A stretch of DNA of 64,000 nucleotides. Origin: Vicugna vicugna (Eukaryota). The stretch is taken from assembly GCA_013265495.1 (NCBI GenBank), contig MU057801.1, forward strand, positions 62,001-126,000, given 5' to 3'. The translations under genes and the position numbers were made by a program. Within the stretch, counting starts at the first letter, position 1; every line of letters begins with the position of its first letter. The notes below the pieces were generated by a model. That model worked only from the letters and a program-made list of their open reading frames with translations. It was not told the DNA's origin and ran no database searches. This document shows, in pieces, positions 59,635 to 64,000 of this stretch.

Positions 59635-62600
59635 TAAAGAGAGTGATATCACCATGGCCCAGGGTTTTTCAATTTCAAGAAGCTAGAAACCTAGATTGGT
59701 ATGTAAACCTCCTGATTATGTTTGCACAAACTATCATTATGTTTAAATGCTGGAACCATTTTAGTTATAAAGGACAGGACACGCCCATGTGGGCAAGTCG
59801 GACAAAACATAGCTGAGTGTGCCCAGAGGCCTCCAGGGACCTCTGATGTGTGACATCCACCTGGATCATTTGGAGTGACTATCAAAGCCTTTCGTGGGGA
59901 GGGTGGGTCCTCAAGGCAGCTGGGAGTTGCCCTGGGTTCTCACCAGGGAAGCCCCTGTACCAGCCTTGAGCCCTGGCTTCTGGGCAAGCCTTCAGCAGGA
60001 CACTGAGAGCAATTACACACTCCATTTATCTGCAGAGGGAAGGATGCACCCTGGAGCCAAAGAGGAAACCGAGAAGCAGGAAGGCTGAGCTTGAGGTTGG
60101 GGTGGGCGGAGTGGGGACAATGTTCCGGGCAAGCCCCAGAGTCTGAGATGAAGCTGGGAGAGTCATCCCAGGGACAGCCAACGGGGATTGGCAGCCTCCT
60201 CAGACATGATACAGCCCAACGTTACTTTCAGTGCATCAGAGACGTGCGCGCTCCTGGGGAAATACTGATGGGAAGGTCATGGCTTTGGAGTCTGAGGACC
60301 TTGGCTGCCAAGCCCTGTTGCTCCATTACCAGCCATATGATGTAGGACACACTCTCTGAGCCTCAGTTTCCTCATCTGTGAAATGGGATCACGAAACGCC
60401 CTGGACTTGTCACTCCAGGATGACATGAGGGTTAAATGACAGGCTCGGTGGTGCCCGTTGCAGAGCAGGCCCCTGGTTAAACGCAGCCGCCCTTGGCCGA
60501 AGCTGGCTGGCGAGGTGTATTTCTTTACCTTCCCTGTGACATGTGACATGGACGCCCGGAGACCCAGTGGGGACAGCTTCCGTTGTCCTCTGCCCCTCAC
60601 ATCCCTTGCACTGTGGCGGCGAGGCCAGATGAGACTCCTCCAAGGAGCATCACGTTATGCTCTGTACGCAGGAACTTTGGAAAGATTTTGGACATGCGGG
60701 GAGGGGGCGTGACCCTGCGCAACTAGAACAATGGTGTGGAACCAGCCGCTCACTGCAGGCTGCCCGTGAACGAGGGCTGAGAGTAATTCCAGCCCAGAGA
60801 CACCATCACGTATATCTAAGGGTCCAAGGTCGGAAGTTCTGGGGTTTTCAGAGTCGAGCCAGAGAGGCAGAAAGCACCCCCAGGCCGAAGGTAGCACTCC
60901 ACCTTTCTTTCCATTCAGAGAAACCTGTGGTCGTTGGATGAACGTCTCCCGTTTGGCGGAGCTGGATATTGGGCTCGAGCGGTGGGAAAACCCGCCCACA
61001 GGGGACGCTACACCTGCTGGCAAGTCTTTGCTAGTAATCCACTACAGGACGTAAACCAAACACCGGTCACCACAAAGCCAGAAAAATTCTGACCCACCAC
61101 CAGCATTATACGTCGTTAAAAGTAATATTTTATTTTTTCCACATGACACAAAAGTTAACTATGTGATGAAATTAAAATTGTTCCTTTCTGGAAACTTTTG
61201 AGGGCCAAGTGCTGGGTGAGTCCAGCCAAGGTGAGCACTTTGGGCCCCAGCATCCCCGCCCACCGCTGGCCTGGGTTGATTTTGGTTGGGGCTTTTATGA
61301 CCACGAATTTGCCCGGCACCTTCCTTGCTGGTTCCCACTCATCCCCCACCACGGCCTCATCACCCCTTTTACAGATGAGGAGGTTGAGGCTCCAGGAAGT
61401 TAGAGTCATCCTCCCCCAGGCCCCCCAGGTGGCAGGAGCCGAAACTGGGCAGTCAGCCAGGACAGCGGTTCCACGGCGCATCGGGACACCCAGTGGATCT
61501 GCCGGGGGCCGCTGGGCAGGAGGCCGTGGCCGGGGTCCCCGGGAGCCCCGCAGCCTGGGCAGGAAGAGGTGCGGCCGCCCTGCTCCCTCTGGCTCGAGTT
61601 CCAAGCGCACTTGGACGCAGATTTTGCGGACGAGGAACAGAGCCGACCAGACTTCCCAAAGGAGAGGCTTCCCACCAAGAAGACTGTGCAAAAAAGCGAG
61701 CTTTGGAGACGAGCTGGGAGAAATTAGAGAAGCGAGTCCCGCAGCCTGGTTTTCTCTCTAAAGTGTGTTGTTTTAACTTTTTACCCCCCTGAGGGGGTGG
61801 GGAGGGTGTTTTTATTGATATCATTTCAAATTGACAGAAGAGCTGTGCGCAGAGCACACAGGTTTCCTTGGATCATGTCAGGTTCCTAGAACAAATTCCT
61901 AGAGACATACAACATATGTACATATACGATATAATTTCACACATATGTACTGTATAATTTCAAGTTTTCCTAAAAGTTGCAAGAATAGTTCAAGGGACTC
62001 CTACATACTCACAAAAGTCACCCGGCTGTAGGCAAGTTTCTCACATGAACCAGAAGGCTCAGACCCCAGGCCAGGCAGGAGCTCGGGCGCTGCTTGAAGA
62101 CATGGAAGCACAGCGTGTGGGGCTGGGTGGGCTCTCCAGCTCCGGCCCTGAGCTCCAGCCCCCGGGTCGATGACCCCGCAGGATCTCAGCCCAGCCCCTG
62201 CTTCCGGGCGGCCTGTCCAGTGTTGGAAGATTCCCGGCACCCTGTGCTGGGAGGGTCACTCCTAACCATCCTGGTGTGTGGACGTCAGACTGTGGTCCCT
62301 CCTGAGTGAGTGTTGGATGTCGTCAGGAAACAGAAGACGCCGAGACGTGGGCCTGCACGGCCGAGGGACTGCATTTTATCCCGGCATCTATGCCACCTGC
62401 GCGTGCCAGCGGGCTGGCCCTGGCTCCAGGTTTCTAGAGCCATTGAAAATGCTGTCAAGAGGTCACTCCTGTTCACGTTTTGGACCCTCTAGGGCTTTAA
62501 CTTCTTAGAGGAGCCCAGTGTTCAGAATGTGGAGCTGAGCTGTTGTAACTTATTTCCTGCAAAAAGGGTCTCTGTAGCATAGATCTGCAAAAAAAATCCC

Positions 62601-62654
62601 AAAGTGACACAAAAAACTCTGATACCCTATTTTCTGACTTTTATGGATTCTGGT

Positions 62655-63125
62655 TTTTAATTGTGGTAAAACTATGTAAAACTTACCATTGGACCACTTT
62701 AAAGTGGGCATTTCTGTTGCATTAAGTGTCTTCCCATTGTTGTGCAGCCATCACGTCCATCACCTTCAGACCCTTTTCATCTTCCCAAACTGAACCTCCG
62801 ACCCCTACGAAATCCTAACCTCCCCTGCCTCCCCGGCCCCCAGCAAGCACCGCGCTGCTCTCTGTCTGTGAGCTTGACTGTTCTAGGAACCCCGCACGGG
62901 TGGGATCATGTGGTATCCGTCCTTTTGGGACTGGCTTGTTTCACTCAGCGTAAGGTTGAAGTTCATCCGCCATGGGGCGTGTGCCAGCATTTCCTTCCTT
63001 TTTCAGGCAGAGTGGTATTCCATTGTGTATCTGAGCTGCATTTTGTTTACCCACTCATCCATCGATGAGCATTTGGGTTCCTTCCCCCTTTAGCGACTGT
63101 GAGTAATGCTGCTGTGGGCATGGGT
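62655..63125 (-). mobile_element. L1MB-type 3' end; an older L1MC fragment lies at ~61810-62030
   Basis: ttaattgtggtaaa..ttgtgcagccatcac..ttcatcttcccaaactgaa..actggcttgtttcactcagc. Confidence 0.85.
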
Positions 63126-63139
63126 TTGATTCTGTTGAG

Positions 63140-63241
63140 TTGGTTGGTTGGTTGGTTGGTTTTCAATGGAGGTGCTGGGGGTAGAACCCACAACCTTGTG
63201 CATGCGGAGCATATGCTCTGCCACCGAGCTACACCCTCCCC
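63140..63241 (-). mobile_element. Camelid-type tRNA-derived SINE with (TTGG)n tail
   Basis: gagctacaccctcccc head on the plus strand; tail converted to a microsatellite. Confidence 0.85.
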
Positions 63242-64000
63242 TGGTTGCATTCGGTTTGTAAAGAGCACGTTCTCCGTTCTCTTGCCCTGAATGAGAACGT
63301 AAAACGTCTCTTACTAGGCGCACGTCCCCCACAAGGTGCATGGGCGCGTGTGCTGTGGGGAGTGTGTGCTGGGGCTGAAGTCAAGCCTGAATCTTTTGCA
63401 AAATGCTGCTCTTGGTGTCTGCGGCTGGGGAGGGGGGGCGGGGGAGTGCAGTCCTCTCTACTTGACCCAGATGTCTGGTGACTTAGAGCAAGCAAATTCA
63501 AGTTGTCAGAGTTGTGACGGTCTGTGGCTGCCCACCCGACACGGATTTCTTGTTGCTTTCCTCTGTCTTATCTTCCAGTCACACTGCAAGCCTTTTGAGG
63601 GACAAGGACAGTGTCTAATACCTCATTTGGTGTCCATTTAGCCCCGTGCCCTAAAGGTGGCCGGTCTCCCATAAATGTGAGTTGACAGTGGCCCACATCC
63701 CCAATGTTTTTTGAGCATTCTCAATTAATTTATTACCGGTGTGACAGTGGTGAGTTAAGCATTTTTTTATTCATTGGGAAAAAAAAAACTACAAATTACA
63801 AAATTTTTATAATAAACCTAAATAAAGTAAGCAAACACTCATAAAAGTATGAGGGCTACAGAATACAAATAAAGCTCTTTCTGTAGCTCACATTGAACTT
63901 AATCTCTGTTCCACAATTATTTTGCTGAGTAATTAAAATGACCACAAATATGGGCAAAGGATTAAACTCAGGTTTATCTCTAATCTGCTTGGTCTGTATC

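Noticed and set aside
61422..61435. CTCF-like motif (others near 15337 and 46617)
   Set aside because: Imperfect matches, common in GC-rich DNA; this one lies in a MIR fragment and has no independent support.
1..64000. Naming a host gene; CRISPR arrays, rRNA or prokaryotic systems
   Set aside because: No intact exon of a known gene was recognised, so neither an intronic location nor a host can be established. The DNA is mammalian, with no regularly spaced repeat arrays.

Overview
GC-rich mammalian genomic DNA, very probably a camelid, judged from four short tRNA-derived SINEs of the camelid type plus cetartiodactyl-style L1 3' ends. I find no intact protein-coding gene; the supplied ORFs are mostly GC-rich noise or repeat-derived. 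Much of the window is interspersed repeat (L1, MIR, L2, MaLR/ERV LTRs, MER DNA transposons, Tigger1), several of them nested. The main result is on the minus strand at ~24.8-31.3 kb: a decayed, intron-containing paralog of the kinetochore gene SKA3. It has about seven exon remnants in SKA3 order, with similar sizes and phases and recognisable motifs (FC-KL, EIQRL, FI..VKVL, LNE, CTPG, LVKTAQP..EDVQ, SKYN), downstream of a CpG-rich NRF1-site promoter. It is disabled by stops, frameshifts and a SINE insertion. Further downstream on the same strand (~13.4-22.2 kb) a second, more eroded multi-exon relic weakly resembles NMI/RBM43-type RRM, macrodomain and WWE segments, in PARP14-like order. The right half has an AP-1-rich enhancer-like cluster (40.6-46.7 kb) and a promoter-like element at ~32.7 kb. 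All protein and repeat-family matches are by eye against remembered sequences, and repeat boundaries are approximate. A host gene, if any, could not be named.
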